Shown in pieces: positions 10,404-21,242 of a DNA stretch of 64,000 nucleotides. Source of the stretch: a virus; the IMG/VR virus record IMGVR_UViG_3300021961_005592, positions 51,210-115,209 of that record; one strand, given 5' to 3'. The position numbers and the translations under genes were made by a program. Position 1 is the first letter of the stretch. Every line of letters begins with the position of its first letter. The notes beneath the pieces are model-generated. The model was given only the letters and a program-made list of their open reading frames with translations. It did not search any database and was not told the origin of the DNA.

Positions 10404-11588
10404 ATGGCAGGAAAGTTCTATCACATTGAACAAACAAAAAATCAGTTGCCGTTACTAGCAACTGATTTTTATTTTATAAACCCACAAATGATTTTAAATA
10501 CTTCTCAACATAGAGAAGCTATTTTAGAATCTTTAGATAGCAGTACAAAAACAAGCTTATTGTTTGGCTTACATATGAATCCGGGTAGCGTATATCCTCG
10601 ATTTAACAGGAATAACTTTTTTTATAAAGTCTCAACTATTCCTACATATAGTTTTTTACCTAATTTACATAATAAAAGAGTTTTAGACTTTTCTGATATT
10701 ACAGATGCTAGGGCATTAGAGTTGGAAAGAAAGTCAAACAATGTTGACAATGTTTACCTTTTTTGGAGCGGCGGTATTGATTCTACAGTAATACTTGCTG
10801 CGATACTAAAAAACTGGAAGAATGAAAATCTTGAAAAGCTAGTAGTTGTACTAAATCAATACAGTATTGACGAAAACAAAAACATGTATGAAAATTATAT
10901 ACATGCTAAACTAAAAACAGAATCAACGGATAAATTTTTTAACGGAGAATTAAATTTTTCTGATGAAAATATCTATGTTGACGGTAACGTTGGTGATACT
11001 GTTTCTTATTTGATGTTAGAGCATTTTGATTCTAAGTATCCGGGATATTATAACAAGCCGTGGAAAAAACACATAAACATTTTAATAGAACATTTTAGTG
11101 AATACGAAACTATTGAACATGGTAGAGATACATACAAGAAAATTGTTAGATCATTAAGTGAAAACAAGTTTGAAGTTGAAACAATTTATGATTTTTTATG
11201 GTGGATGACATTTAACTGGTTACATGATAAATTATTATACAATATACTTTGGCAATACACTCCTTGCTTTAATAGAAATACAGACATTAAAAAGTTTTTA
11301 GAAGAAAACATGTTCCAATGGTTTAACAGTAACGATTACCAAGATTGGATGGTATCATCAATTAGTACTAGTTTAAGAATAGGCGACAATATAACAACTA
11401 ATAAATTGGCATACAAGAAGTATATATTTGATTTTGACAAGAATTTGGAATATTTTAAATACAAACAAAAAGAGTACTCGACACCAAAGAATAAAGTTAA
11501 GGACAGTCATATCATACTGTGTGGAATAGACACAGAGTATAATTACTATTATAGGTACACTCATGAGAAAATATGGCCTCCTAAATGA
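10404..11588 (+). CDS. PP-loop protein, paralog of 8930..10042
   Basis: FWSGGIDST, SI.EN, LWW..FNW, FQ/YQ.W motifs shared with 8930..10042. Confidence 0.65.
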   Translation: MAGKFYHIEQTKNQLPLLATDFYFINPQMILNTSQHREAILESLDSSTKTSLLFGLHMNPGSVYPRFNRNNFFYKVSTIPTYSFLPNLHNKRVLDFSDITDARALELERKSNNVDNVYLFWSGGIDSTVILAAILKNWKNENLEKLVVVLNQYSIDENKNMYENYIHAKLKTESTDKFFNGELNFSDENIYVDGNVGDTVSYLMLEHFDSKYPGYYNKPWKKHINILIEHFSEYETIEHGRDTYKKIVRSLSENKFEVETIYDFLWWMTFNWLHDKLLYNILWQYTPCFNRNTDIKKFLEENMFQWFNSNDYQDWMVSSISTSLRIGDNITTNKLAYKKYIFDFDKNLEYFKYKQKEYSTPKNKVKDSHIILCGIDTEYNYYYRYTHEKIWPPK

Positions 11589-12751
11589 GTATTTTAAAAA
11601 GACCCCCCGGTGACTTATTCACTTTTAGATTGTTTTTTAATTTAACGTCTAAAATAAAAATTCCACACGATAAGTTTTATTTTTGGTCAGTATGCATTGA
11701 TCCAAACTTTAAAAAAATTTCTTATTTTATAGGATCGCAACAATTTTACGAAGACGAAATATTATATAGAAATATTATAATGTCTTCAATAAATACCGAT
11801 TTAATCATTTTAGGAATAAAAGATCATCTCACTGGAAGTGATTTTAATCCATTGACATCTAAATATACAGATATGTCGGTGTGGTTAAAGCAAATGGCTC
11901 AATATTATAGACATAAGAAAATTATATTGTTTACTAGTTTAGAAAATCTTAATCTTGATGAACCTAACATTATAGTTATTCCATGGGGCGGCGATATTAC
12001 CAATCATCAATATGAATATCAAAAATTAAACCCCGTGTTAGAAAAAAATTTAGACAGCAAAAATACTTTTTTAAGTCTTAATAGAAATAAAAGAACACAT
12101 AGAGCTATGCTAGTTTCGTTGTTGTATGGTCTTAACCTACAGAATAACGGATTAATATCTTGTATGTTTAAAGATAATCTAGATAACTTATTTGAGTATA
12201 CAAAATGGCAGGTATTAAATTCTAATGTGTACTTAACAGGGTTTAATGATTTTAAAACGTCAACATTACCAATAAATGATGGCCCAGACATATATCATAA
12301 TCATAATAATGACAACGTGTCTAATTTTAAAAATAGTTTAACAAAATATTATGAAAATACATTTGTAGAAATTGTAAGTGAAACTAGCTATACAGAACCA
12401 TGCTATAACTTAACTGAAAAAACTTTGAATAGTATCTATGGATGCTGTTTTCCAATATTGTTATGCAGTAAAGGCAGTGTTAAATTTTTAAGAGAAATGG
12501 GTTTAGATGTTTTTGATGACGTTGTAGACCATAGCTATGATGAAATAGACGATCCTGCCCTTAGGCTAGAAACAGCAATTAAAAACAATATCGAGTTGTT
12601 AACTAACAATACAAAAACTAAACAGTTATGGATTCAAAATAAAGATAGATTTTTAAAAAATGTTGACTTTTGCAAAGAAAGAATGTATAATTTTTATTAT
12701 AATAGAGCCAAAGATCTATTTTTGGAGTTAATACCTCATGATAACATATAA
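11585..12751 (+). CDS. Glycosyltransferase-like protein (same family as 1309..2544)
   Basis: FLSLNRNKR.HR; IVSET...LTEKT..SI....P; FDDVVDHSYD. Confidence 0.55.
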   Translation: MSILKRPPGDLFTFRLFFNLTSKIKIPHDKFYFWSVCIDPNFKKISYFIGSQQFYEDEILYRNIIMSSINTDLIILGIKDHLTGSDFNPLTSKYTDMSVWLKQMAQYYRHKKIILFTSLENLNLDEPNIIVIPWGGDITNHQYEYQKLNPVLEKNLDSKNTFLSLNRNKRTHRAMLVSLLYGLNLQNNGLISCMFKDNLDNLFEYTKWQVLNSNVYLTGFNDFKTSTLPINDGPDIYHNHNNDNVSNFKNSLTKYYENTFVEIVSETSYTEPCYNLTEKTLNSIYGCCFPILLCSKGSVKFLREMGLDVFDDVVDHSYDEIDDPALRLETAIKNNIELLTNNTKTKQLWIQNKDRFLKNVDFCKERMYNFYYNRAKDLFLELIPHDNI

Positions 12752-13367
12752 AGATGACGATTCATTTTTTACAACTGTTTTTCCTCCGTTTATTCACCAC
12801 GGTTTGCTTATTAAGCAATGGCTTACTCGGAACGAAAACTCAAAATTTAGATATATTAGAGATAAGGAAATTGAAGACTATTTCTATAATGTAGAACAAA
12901 TAAATGAAATTTATCCTGGCATTAAAACTATAGGCATGGTTTTAAATCCGTGGAATAGGATATCATATGCATATAGAACCTTATCTTATATGAAGGAAAC
13001 TGGATTCAACAATTATAGCATAAATTTTGATTTTCTAAAATTAGATACTTTTACCAAGTTTGTAGAAAGTTTAAATAGTAGTGCTGTTGTAGAGCCGTTT
13101 ACTTTTTCCTTATCAGAATCGCAACATAGTTGGTTTAACAGAGGAGAGCTTAAAGCAACTTATGTTCTACGAGCTGAATTTATAGAAGAAGACTTCAAAG
13201 AAATTAAAGAGTATTTTTGTTCTGATACGCCGCTAGTAAACAAGACAATGCTAGAACTAAGCAATCTTACACTGCCTGAATACAAAGAATATTATACTGA
13301 CTATACAAAGGCAATTGTTGCACAAGTATTTAAAGAAGACATTGAACAGTATGGATATGAATTTTAA
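12738..13367 (+). CDS. Sulfotransferase family 2-like protein (degenerate)
   Basis: LNPWNRISYAY resembles the RNP..R..S.Y 3'-PB motif; C-terminal Y..YY......V...F.EDIE.YGYEF. Confidence 0.55.
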   Translation: MITYKDDDSFFTTVFPPFIHHGLLIKQWLTRNENSKFRYIRDKEIEDYFYNVEQINEIYPGIKTIGMVLNPWNRISYAYRTLSYMKETGFNNYSINFDFLKLDTFTKFVESLNSSAVVEPFTFSLSESQHSWFNRGELKATYVLRAEFIEEDFKEIKEYFCSDTPLVNKTMLELSNLTLPEYKEYYTDYTKAIVAQVFKEDIEQYGYEF

Positions 13368-13369
13368 AT

Positions 13370-14056
13370 ATGTATGATATTGTATTCATATCCTACAATG
13401 AGGAAAATGCAGAAAAAAATTGGGCAGTTTTAAAGTCAAAGTTCCCAATGGCTAAACGTGTAGATGGCGTTAAAGGAATTCATCAAGCACATAAAGTTGC
13501 AGCAAAAAAATGTTTTACAAAAATGTTTTGGGTAGTTGATGCAGATGCTGTTATATTAGATAGTTTTAATTTTGATTATGTTGTTCCCGAATGGGATTTA
13601 GATGCTGTACATGTCTGGCGTAGCATCAATCCTGTTAATGATTTAACTTATGGTTATGGCGGCGTAAAACTATTGCCTAGAACACTTACACTAAACATGA
13701 ATACAAAAAATCCAGATATGACCACAAGCATATCTTCTAAATTTATAGCAGTCCCAGACGTTTCAAACATTACTGCATTTAATACAGATCCGTTTAGCAC
13801 ATGGCGTAGTGCATTTAGAGAGTGCTGTAAGTTGGCAAGTAAAACTATAGATAGGCAAAACAATGAAGAAACAGATGCAAGACTCAGTAGATGGTGTTCA
13901 GACTACGGAAGAGATCGGCCTTTTGGAGATTATGCAATCTCTGGCGCCCGCGCTGGCCGTCTTTATGGCGTGGCTAATAGTACTAATAGTGATGCTCTTA
14001 GGCTAATAAATGACTTTGATTGGTTAAAGGAACAGTTTGATGCAACGGGTATCTGA
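13370..14056 (+). CDS. GT-A fold glycosyltransferase-like protein
   Basis: FISYNE, GVKGIH.AH, WVVDAD (DxD), YGYGGVKL, WRSAFRE. Confidence 0.6.
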   Translation: MYDIVFISYNEENAEKNWAVLKSKFPMAKRVDGVKGIHQAHKVAAKKCFTKMFWVVDADAVILDSFNFDYVVPEWDLDAVHVWRSINPVNDLTYGYGGVKLLPRTLTLNMNTKNPDMTTSISSKFIAVPDVSNITAFNTDPFSTWRSAFRECCKLASKTIDRQNNEETDARLSRWCSDYGRDRPFGDYAISGARAGRLYGVANSTNSDALRLINDFDWLKEQFDATGI

Positions 14057-15098
14057 CATTAAATCAGTTCATATTGAATTGACAGATAAATGTCAAGCAC
14101 AATGCCCTATGTGCGCAAGGAATTATAATGGCGGCCCCACACGTCCTTTCATCCAAAACAAAGATATTAGTATTGATCAGTTTAAAGAATGGTTTCCTAA
14201 AAAGTTTCTTGCACAGTTGACAAAATTCTATAGTTGTGGTAACTACGGTGACCCTGCATTTGCACGAGATTGTTTAGAAATTTATTCTTATGTAAGGGAA
14301 TGTAATCCTACAACTAGACTCTCGATCCATACAAACGGAGGAATGAGAAATCCAGAATGGTGGAGCAAACTTCCTCAATATAACATTGAAGTAGTGTTTG
14401 CTGTTGATGGATTTAAAGGAAAGCACGAAGTTTATCGTAAAAATACTAACTTTGATAAAGTTATTGAAAACATGACTGCATTTATTAATGCTGGAGGATA
14501 TGCTATAGTTGACAGTCTTGTATTTGCCCATAACGAACATGATGTAGACAAACTTGAACAATACTTACTCAATTTAGGTGTTCGTAAGGTAAATTTTATT
14601 AGTACAACTCGATTCTATAACATGACTGAGTATGAAGTATATGATACTAACAAAAACATTGAATATAAAATTTATCCGGCTACACTACCCCAATACAAAC
14701 GAAAAACAAACTTTAGCTTAGATTTATTAACTAGTAATGTGGGAAAAGAACAAATTTCACGATCGTCAAACATTAACCCTGTTTGCGAAAATCAAAAAGA
14801 AGTTTATATTGATCCGCACGGCAATATTTTACCTTGTTGCTGGATAGGCAGTGATTATTTAGAAGAACATGTTGAAGAAACACTACCTATACATCATTTA
14901 AGAAATTTAATTTTAAGCCAAACAAAAGAAATATTAAAAGTTGTAGGCATACCAAAATGCCAAGATGGTATTCTAAAAAATTCTAATTTATTATTATTTG
15001 AAAGGTTTAATGACTTTTGGCAAGGAGATAATAAGTGCATGACGTGTGTTAAAAATTGTTCTAGTGCAATATTTTCAATTAGGAAAAACAGTGTCTAA
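14037..15098 (+). CDS. Radical SAM/SPASM protein
   Basis: CQAQCPMC; C-terminal C...YID..G...PCC ... CMTC. Confidence 0.88.
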   Translation: MMQRVSDIKSVHIELTDKCQAQCPMCARNYNGGPTRPFIQNKDISIDQFKEWFPKKFLAQLTKFYSCGNYGDPAFARDCLEIYSYVRECNPTTRLSIHTNGGMRNPEWWSKLPQYNIEVVFAVDGFKGKHEVYRKNTNFDKVIENMTAFINAGGYAIVDSLVFAHNEHDVDKLEQYLLNLGVRKVNFISTTRFYNMTEYEVYDTNKNIEYKIYPATLPQYKRKTNFSLDLLTSNVGKEQISRSSNINPVCENQKEVYIDPHGNILPCCWIGSDYLEEHVEETLPIHHLRNLILSQTKEILKVVGIPKCQDGILKNSNLLLFERFNDFWQGDNKCMTCVKNCSSAIFSIRKNSV

Positions 15099-16068
15099 TA
15101 TTCCTTTTGATGACATAGTACGATTTGGCCAAAAGACACTTTTAGAGAGCCATCTTTTTACAGTCTCATGGATCTTGGCTAGATTTTGTAATTATAACTG
15201 CTCTTATTGCTGGCCTTACGCAAGATCTAGTACCCCTGACCACCAAGAACTAGGAATTTACTTAAATGCACTAAACAGTATCAAGGCACAGGCCAGAGCA
15301 AACGGTTTTACAGATTTCCATTTTAGTTTTAGTGGCGGCGAACCTACTGCTTATAAATACTTTGGGGAGCTCATAGAGCATTACTGTAGTGATACAGTAC
15401 CCGAATATCAAAGCATACACATGACCACAAACCTAAGTCCAGGAAGCAAATGGTGGACACAGTGGTTAAAAACAACAGAGTCACTTCAGCGTAGAAGTAT
15501 AACAGCAAGTTATCACGCTGAATTTGCCAAAGAACAGGAGTTTGGAGACAAGTGTCTTCAGTTAATTAATGATGGCGTATTTGTTACAATTAATCAAGTT
15601 ATGGTTCCAGAAATGTTTGACGAACTATATGAACGTTTACAGAGATTTGCCGCTAGGGGCATTAATGTCACACTCAAGCCCCAGTCCGATCCTACTGCCT
15701 CCTTTGTGGTACCTGGATACAGCAATGAACAAATTAATGTCATGCGAACAGGATTTCCTCAACAATGGGGAGGAGAGTATATTGCACAAATTGCCCTCTA
15801 CGACAAAGACGGACGAGAGTACGAATTAGATCAAGCAGAACGATTTAATGCTTTTGGTTTTAATAAGTTCAAAGGATGGACATGTAATGCAGGATATCAG
15901 GGTATTGTAATACGCGGCAACGAAGTTAAACGCAGTTATAGTTGTCACGATAAACCAATTGGAACATTAAACGGCGGCTTCAAAATATTTCAAGAACCTA
16001 GCGTTTGTATAACACCGTCGTGTGTTAGCTCTGCAGACAGCAAGTTACCAAAGGTAAGGAATGTCTAA
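15091..16068 (+). CDS. Radical SAM/SPASM-twitch protein
   Basis: CNYNCSYC, SGGEPT; C-terminal CNAG...C...C...C; probable GTG start 15091. Confidence 0.88.
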   Translation: MSNIPFDDIVRFGQKTLLESHLFTVSWILARFCNYNCSYCWPYARSSTPDHQELGIYLNALNSIKAQARANGFTDFHFSFSGGEPTAYKYFGELIEHYCSDTVPEYQSIHMTTNLSPGSKWWTQWLKTTESLQRRSITASYHAEFAKEQEFGDKCLQLINDGVFVTINQVMVPEMFDELYERLQRFAARGINVTLKPQSDPTASFVVPGYSNEQINVMRTGFPQQWGGEYIAQIALYDKDGREYELDQAERFNAFGFNKFKGWTCNAGYQGIVIRGNEVKRSYSCHDKPIGTLNGGFKIFQEPSVCITPSCVSSADSKLPKVRNV

Positions 16069-16810
16069 ATTTGGAATATTAGGTTACGGGTTTGTTGGTA
16101 AAGCAACCCATAAAGGCATCCTTAACAATTCTGATAGTGTAATTGTTCATGATATTTTGCTTAACACTAATAAAAACAATTTAAGAAGTGCAAGTACTGT
16201 TTTTGTTTGTTTGCCGACAAACACTGATGCCGACATTGAAACAATGATTCAAGAAATATTAGAATTACAGTTTCTCAATCCTGATGTGCAAATTATTATT
16301 CGTAGCACTTTGCCATTGGGCGCATGTAAAAAAATTCAAGAAAAAGTAGGACCAATTATATACATCCCAGAATTTTTACGAGAACGATTTTGGGACACTG
16401 ACTGTTTAAACAGACCGTTAGTTGTTGGACATGATATGATAGAATTGTTACCAACTTGGCTAAAAGAAGAAGATATTATAACATGTTCTACAGTAGAAGC
16501 AGAAATGTTAAAAATGTTTTCAAATAACTTTGCAATAGTGCGTATTGTATTTGCAAATATGTTTTATGACTTATCAAACAGTCTTGATGTAAATTATGAT
16601 ACAATTAAAGACATGTTTTTTAGGGTACAGCCGAATCAAACGTACTTAGAAGTTCCAGGCCATGACGGTAATCAAGGATTTGGTGGAAAATGTTTGCCTA
16701 AAGACTTAGACTTTTTTATAGAAACATTAGATCAACATGGTCTAGACTCGAATTGGTTTAAATATATTAAACTTTTAAACAAAACCTGGAAGGAAAAGAA
16801 TAATGAATAA
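16061..16810 (+). CDS. UDP-glucose 6-dehydrogenase-like protein lacking the C-terminal domain
   Basis: GYGFVG, CLPT, RST, PEFLRE, AE..K...N, GFGGKCLPKD; only 249 aa. Confidence 0.8.
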   Translation: MSKFGILGYGFVGKATHKGILNNSDSVIVHDILLNTNKNNLRSASTVFVCLPTNTDADIETMIQEILELQFLNPDVQIIIRSTLPLGACKKIQEKVGPIIYIPEFLRERFWDTDCLNRPLVVGHDMIELLPTWLKEEDIITCSTVEAEMLKMFSNNFAIVRIVFANMFYDLSNSLDVNYDTIKDMFFRVQPNQTYLEVPGHDGNQGFGGKCLPKDLDFFIETLDQHGLDSNWFKYIKLLNKTWKEKNNE

Positions 16811-17429
16811 CGATTTTCCTATAAAAATAGACATAGAAGATGTGCTTTTTTGGATGGATGCTATTCGTAATAGTGAAGATCGATATCGTACACTTGAGAG
16901 TTTTTGGAAGGGACAAGTAAGAAGCAAACTTTGGCTCATAGATAAACTTAATGTTACTATAAATGCTTATCCTAAAAAGATAGTGATACACGGTGGCTGG
17001 AATGGAGTACTAGCAAGTTTACTCTTTAATAGTAGAATGCTGAGTATAAGTCATATTACAAGTGTTGATATAGATCCTGTATGCGAAACAATTGCTAGTA
17101 CAGTAAACAAGCGACAAGAAATGGAAGGACGTTTTAAAGCAGTAACAGCAGACATGTGTTCTTTTGAATATGAATATGAACCAGAAGTTGTTATTAATAC
17201 AAGTTGCGAACACATAACGCAAGATCAGTACGAGCAGTGGTTAAATAAAGTTCCTAATAATGCGTGGGTTGTTTTACAAAGCAATAATTACTTTGATTTA
17301 GATGAACACATACGATGTTCAGTTGACATTGATGATTTTATTCATATGTCACAAATTAAACCGTCTTACAGAGGAACATTTGATACTCCTAAGTATAAAA
17401 GATTTATGATTATAGGAAAAAAGAAATAA
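16803..17429 (+). CDS. Class I SAM-dependent methyltransferase-like protein
   Basis: IHGGWNG motif I, SVDID, ADM, INTSCEH. Confidence 0.7.
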   Translation: MNNDFPIKIDIEDVLFWMDAIRNSEDRYRTLESFWKGQVRSKLWLIDKLNVTINAYPKKIVIHGGWNGVLASLLFNSRMLSISHITSVDIDPVCETIASTVNKRQEMEGRFKAVTADMCSFEYEYEPEVVINTSCEHITQDQYEQWLNKVPNNAWVVLQSNNYFDLDEHIRCSVDIDDFIHMSQIKPSYRGTFDTPKYKRFMIIGKKK

Positions 17430-17992
17430 TGTACAAAATAGTTCCGTTTACTGACGATCTAGATTTAGAAGATTTTTACAAAACAGCAGCAGAAAAAGGC
17501 TTTAAAAATAACACCAGCCGTTTTTGGTTAAAAGATTGTTTTCGAAACGAAGCAGAAAGTGAGACATGGATATTGTATTATAACGATGTAGCAGTAGGTA
17601 GTGTAGCAGCACATTCGTTTCCAGAAATGGGGGAAAACGCATATCGTATTGCTGCTCGTACTTGTGTATTTACAGACAAACTTGGCGGTTCATATGCTAA
17701 CCGTTTAAGAAATATAGACGTTATTACAAAGGGACAAAATCCAACGTCACAATTTTTAATACCAGCTTGCATTGAATGGGCCGGTAGAGATAAAGATCTC
17801 TACATTACATCAAATGAACTTGAAGCAGGATCACAAAGATTAGTACATAAAATATTTTTTCCTGCATTAGTTAGAACAGGCCAGGCAGAACATATTTGTG
17901 AACTTGAATATCGAGGAGCTACACAGAGCGTGTGGAAATTAAATGTAGAAAAATTTTACAAAGTACTAGAGAAGTATGGAAAATGGCAATAG
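17429..17992 (+). CDS. Hypothetical protein, possible GNAT fold
   Basis: Beta-strand WILYY..VAVG..AA, RI..R pattern; fold call is weak. Confidence 0.4.
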   Translation: MYKIVPFTDDLDLEDFYKTAAEKGFKNNTSRFWLKDCFRNEAESETWILYYNDVAVGSVAAHSFPEMGENAYRIAARTCVFTDKLGGSYANRLRNIDVITKGQNPTSQFLIPACIEWAGRDKDLYITSNELEAGSQRLVHKIFFPALVRTGQAEHICELEYRGATQSVWKLNVEKFYKVLEKYGKWQ

Positions 17993-19362
17993 ACAAATAT
18001 AAAAAACAACTTGAAGAAATAACAGGGTCACCAACTTTTTGTATCTTGCCATGGATACACTTAGCTACTCGTCCTAACGGCGATATGAGATTATGCTGTA
18101 CTTCAAATGCTAGTGGAGCAGGTGTTGATCATAAAATTGGACTAGTTAAAAATGAAGACGGCCTTCCTGCAAATTTTGCAAAAACTTCACCGTTGGAAGC
18201 GTTCAATAACGAATATATGTGTAGTGTACGTAAAACTATGCTAGAAGGAAAAATACCAGCAAGCTGTACAGGATGCTTTAAAGAAGAAGATCAGGGTATT
18301 GTAAGCAAGCGTATTTGGGAAACAGGGTTTTGGATACAAGACGAAGGTTTAGATGTTGAAGAATTAATACAACAAACAGCAGAAGATGGTACTGTTCCTA
18401 GTCGTTTGCAATATTTAGATTTACGTTTAGGACATACATGTAATATTAAATGTGTAATGTGTTCACCGCATGACAGTAGTAAATGGGTAAGCGATTGGCA
18501 AAAACTTATACCAGTATTACAAGATCCTGAAGTCAAAAGTCAAATGACTTGGGATAAAAAAGAGTTTAATAATAAATGGTATGAAGAAGGAAAATTCTGG
18601 AACGAACTGTATGCACAGATACCCAATCTAAAACAAGTATACTTTGCAGGCGGCGAACCGCTAATGATTAAAGAACATAAAACTTTCTTAGAAGAAATTA
18701 TTAGGCAGGGTTATGAAAAAAATATATTATTAAGATATAATTCAAACGGAATTCTTGTTGATGAAGCATTAATTGAATTATGGAGTAAATTTAAAAAAGT
18801 AAAATTTGCTGTAAGTATAGATGCTTGTTTTGAGAGAGACGAGTACATAAGATATCCAACAAATTTTAAAGACGTAGAGCGTACACTGCATTTGCTTGAT
18901 AACACACCTGACAATATTCATGTTAGTATAGCAACTGCTATACAAGTTTTTAATATAAAACACATACCTGATTTTATTAAATGGAAAGTAAACAGTAATT
19001 TTAAAAAAATGAACATAGGAACAATTGACGGACACGTTATGGGCGGCGGCTTAGTTAATGCACACTTAGTACACATTCCTACCTTTCTTAATATTGCAAT
19101 ACTTCCAAAAAAAGATAAACAAGAAGTACAGGACAAGTTTGACGAATTAAAACAGTGGTTGTGGGACAATTATACTCAAGACGATAATTTTTGGATTAAA
19201 AATCCAAAAGGTTGGAATCAGTGGGAAGGTATTTTAAATTTTATGCACAAGTACGACAATAGTCGACTACTGCCAGGTTTTAAAGAATATGTAAACAAAC
19301 TAGATGCTATTAGAGGATTATGTGCAGCAAAAGTTTTTCCAGAGTTGGAACATTTATTATGA
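17983..19362 (+). CDS. Radical SAM protein with N-terminal twitch/SPASM domain
   Basis: FCILPW.H...G..RLCC, C..C; CNIKCVMC; FAGGEPL; start moved to ATG 17983. Confidence 0.9.
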   Translation: MAIDKYKKQLEEITGSPTFCILPWIHLATRPNGDMRLCCTSNASGAGVDHKIGLVKNEDGLPANFAKTSPLEAFNNEYMCSVRKTMLEGKIPASCTGCFKEEDQGIVSKRIWETGFWIQDEGLDVEELIQQTAEDGTVPSRLQYLDLRLGHTCNIKCVMCSPHDSSKWVSDWQKLIPVLQDPEVKSQMTWDKKEFNNKWYEEGKFWNELYAQIPNLKQVYFAGGEPLMIKEHKTFLEEIIRQGYEKNILLRYNSNGILVDEALIELWSKFKKVKFAVSIDACFERDEYIRYPTNFKDVERTLHLLDNTPDNIHVSIATAIQVFNIKHIPDFIKWKVNSNFKKMNIGTIDGHVMGGGLVNAHLVHIPTFLNIAILPKKDKQEVQDKFDELKQWLWDNYTQDDNFWIKNPKGWNQWEGILNFMHKYDNSRLLPGFKEYVNKLDAIRGLCAAKVFPELEHLL

Positions 19363-20333
19363 ACAACATAATTAGAATAGAATCAAATATACCAAAAGAT
19401 ATTTTAAGAATAGAGTTGTTCTTAAGTAATATGTGTAATTACAAGTGTTGGTATTGCTTTCCTGGATATCATGAAGGCGATACACCGTGGCCCAAGTTTG
19501 AAAGAATAAAAGATAATCTTAGCCATATTATTGATTACTATAAGCGTAACGGAAATAAACGTGAAATACATTTGCATATAATTGGCGGTGAGCCTACTCT
19601 ATGGAAAGAGTTTGGTACGTTTGTAAAATATTTTAGTGAAGAACATAAGTGTGTTATTAGTATGAGTTCTAATGGAAGTAGAACCATACGATGGTGGAAC
19701 GAATATGGCGACTATGTTGATCATACTATGCTAAGTTGCCATCACGAAAGAGCTGATCCTGCACATATTGCAGAAGTTGGTGATATTTTATACACTAAAA
19801 ATAAAACTGTAAATGGAATGGTGTTAATGGATCCAACTGTTTGGGATAAATGTGTTTCTATAGTTGAAGCACTAAAGAAAAGTAAGTACGAATGGCCAAT
19901 TACTGCACTTGAAGTACACAATGATAAACAAAAATATACACAGGAACAAAAAGACTATCTTAGCGATTCTTTAAAACGTTGGCCTAACAAAGAATATTGG
20001 CTTAGTGCTGAAAAGTTACCTAGAAATAATCCTACAATAATTTTTTCTGATACAACAGAGCAAGAAGTTCCACGCAATTGGTTATCATTAAATAACAAAA
20101 ATATTTTTACTGGATGGCAATGTAATATTGGAATAGATACATTTTTTATAGATAAAAATGGAGATATAAGGGGCGGCTGCGGACAACCGTTATATAATAT
20201 GGATTCTTTTTATAATATATATGATGAAGATTTTATTAACAAGTTTACGCCTAATTTAATTCCTACAATCTGTAAAAAGACAAGTGCTTGTGATTGTCAA
20301 CCTGAAACTAACGCAAGGAAACAATTTTTATAA
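19359..20333 (+). CDS. Radical SAM/SPASM-twitch protein
   Basis: CNYKCWYC, GGEPT, C-terminal GWQCNIG...GGC...C...CDC. Confidence 0.88.
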   Translation: MNNIIRIESNIPKDILRIELFLSNMCNYKCWYCFPGYHEGDTPWPKFERIKDNLSHIIDYYKRNGNKREIHLHIIGGEPTLWKEFGTFVKYFSEEHKCVISMSSNGSRTIRWWNEYGDYVDHTMLSCHHERADPAHIAEVGDILYTKNKTVNGMVLMDPTVWDKCVSIVEALKKSKYEWPITALEVHNDKQKYTQEQKDYLSDSLKRWPNKEYWLSAEKLPRNNPTIIFSDTTEQEVPRNWLSLNNKNIFTGWQCNIGIDTFFIDKNGDIRGGCGQPLYNMDSFYNIYDEDFINKFTPNLIPTICKKTSACDCQPETNARKQFL

Positions 20334-21242
20334 AATAGATATCTTTGTAAGAGGAATATCTGCTGCACAAGTACACCATCTACGTGTACATACAACCGGG
20401 TCGCTAGGTTGCTTAAATGTTCCTGTGTATATATTACCTAAGCTTTCACCTACACGGCAAGTTGCTCGATACACTTGACCATCCCAATTTATCATAAGGC
20501 TTTCTATTCCTGCATTGCAAGTCCATCCTTCAAAATTATTTCTATGTAGTTTAATTACATCATTAGCATGTATTTCTTCTGAATCATCTATAATGCAGTT
20601 AGGTTTAGCAGTAGCAGTCTTTCCTAGTATCCAATCTAAATCATTAGCTTGGTATCTCATATCGTCAAACCAATCTCTATCTGCTGCGTTTGTCCATCTT
20701 ATACGTCTAACAACATAGGGAATAAAATGAGAATCAAATAGATCGGCTGCTTCTCGAACTCTGTCCATATAGTTGTGATGAGCCATTAAATTAATTTGGA
20801 ATGGAATTCTACCAGGAGTTGACGGCTCGTTTCCTTGCGCAAACAATAAAATATTCATCATACACCTATACCAGTTAGCATCGTCTTCTACATGCAAGCT
20901 AAACACATAATGGTTAACTGGTAATTTTGTATAAAATGTTTCAGGCATTGTACCATTAGTTGTAATGTTCATCCAACTAATTTTATCTTTAGCATGTTTT
21001 AACAACGTAGGAAGGTTAGGGTTAACACATGGTTCCCCTCCTGTAAAACTAAGTCTTACGGGCTTATTTAACATTGCTAGTTTGTCTACAACTGACATCA
21101 ACAAATCTAGATTAGTATGAGGACTATGATTGTCGTGTATTTCTGCAGGACAATAACTGCAATCTAAATTACACCTCTTGCCTAAGTTCCATTCAACATG
21201 AATACTATCCTGGTGCGGCCATTTACTTGTAATCTTATACAT
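20328..21242 (-). CDS. Radical SAM/SPASM-twitch protein
   Basis: CNLDCSYC, TGGEP, GWTCNAG...ATC...C...CTC. Stop abuts the stop of the convergent gene (TTATAA). Confidence 0.88.
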   Translation of the reverse strand: MYKITSKWPHQDSIHVEWNLGKRCNLDCSYCPAEIHDNHSPHTNLDLLMSVVDKLAMLNKPVRLSFTGGEPCVNPNLPTLLKHAKDKISWMNITTNGTMPETFYTKLPVNHYVFSLHVEDDANWYRCMMNILLFAQGNEPSTPGRIPFQINLMAHHNYMDRVREAADLFDSHFIPYVVRRIRWTNAADRDWFDDMRYQANDLDWILGKTATAKPNCIIDDSEEIHANDVIKLHRNNFEGWTCNAGIESLMINWDGQVYRATCRVGESLGNIYTGTFKQPSDPVVCTRRWCTCAADIPLTKISIL

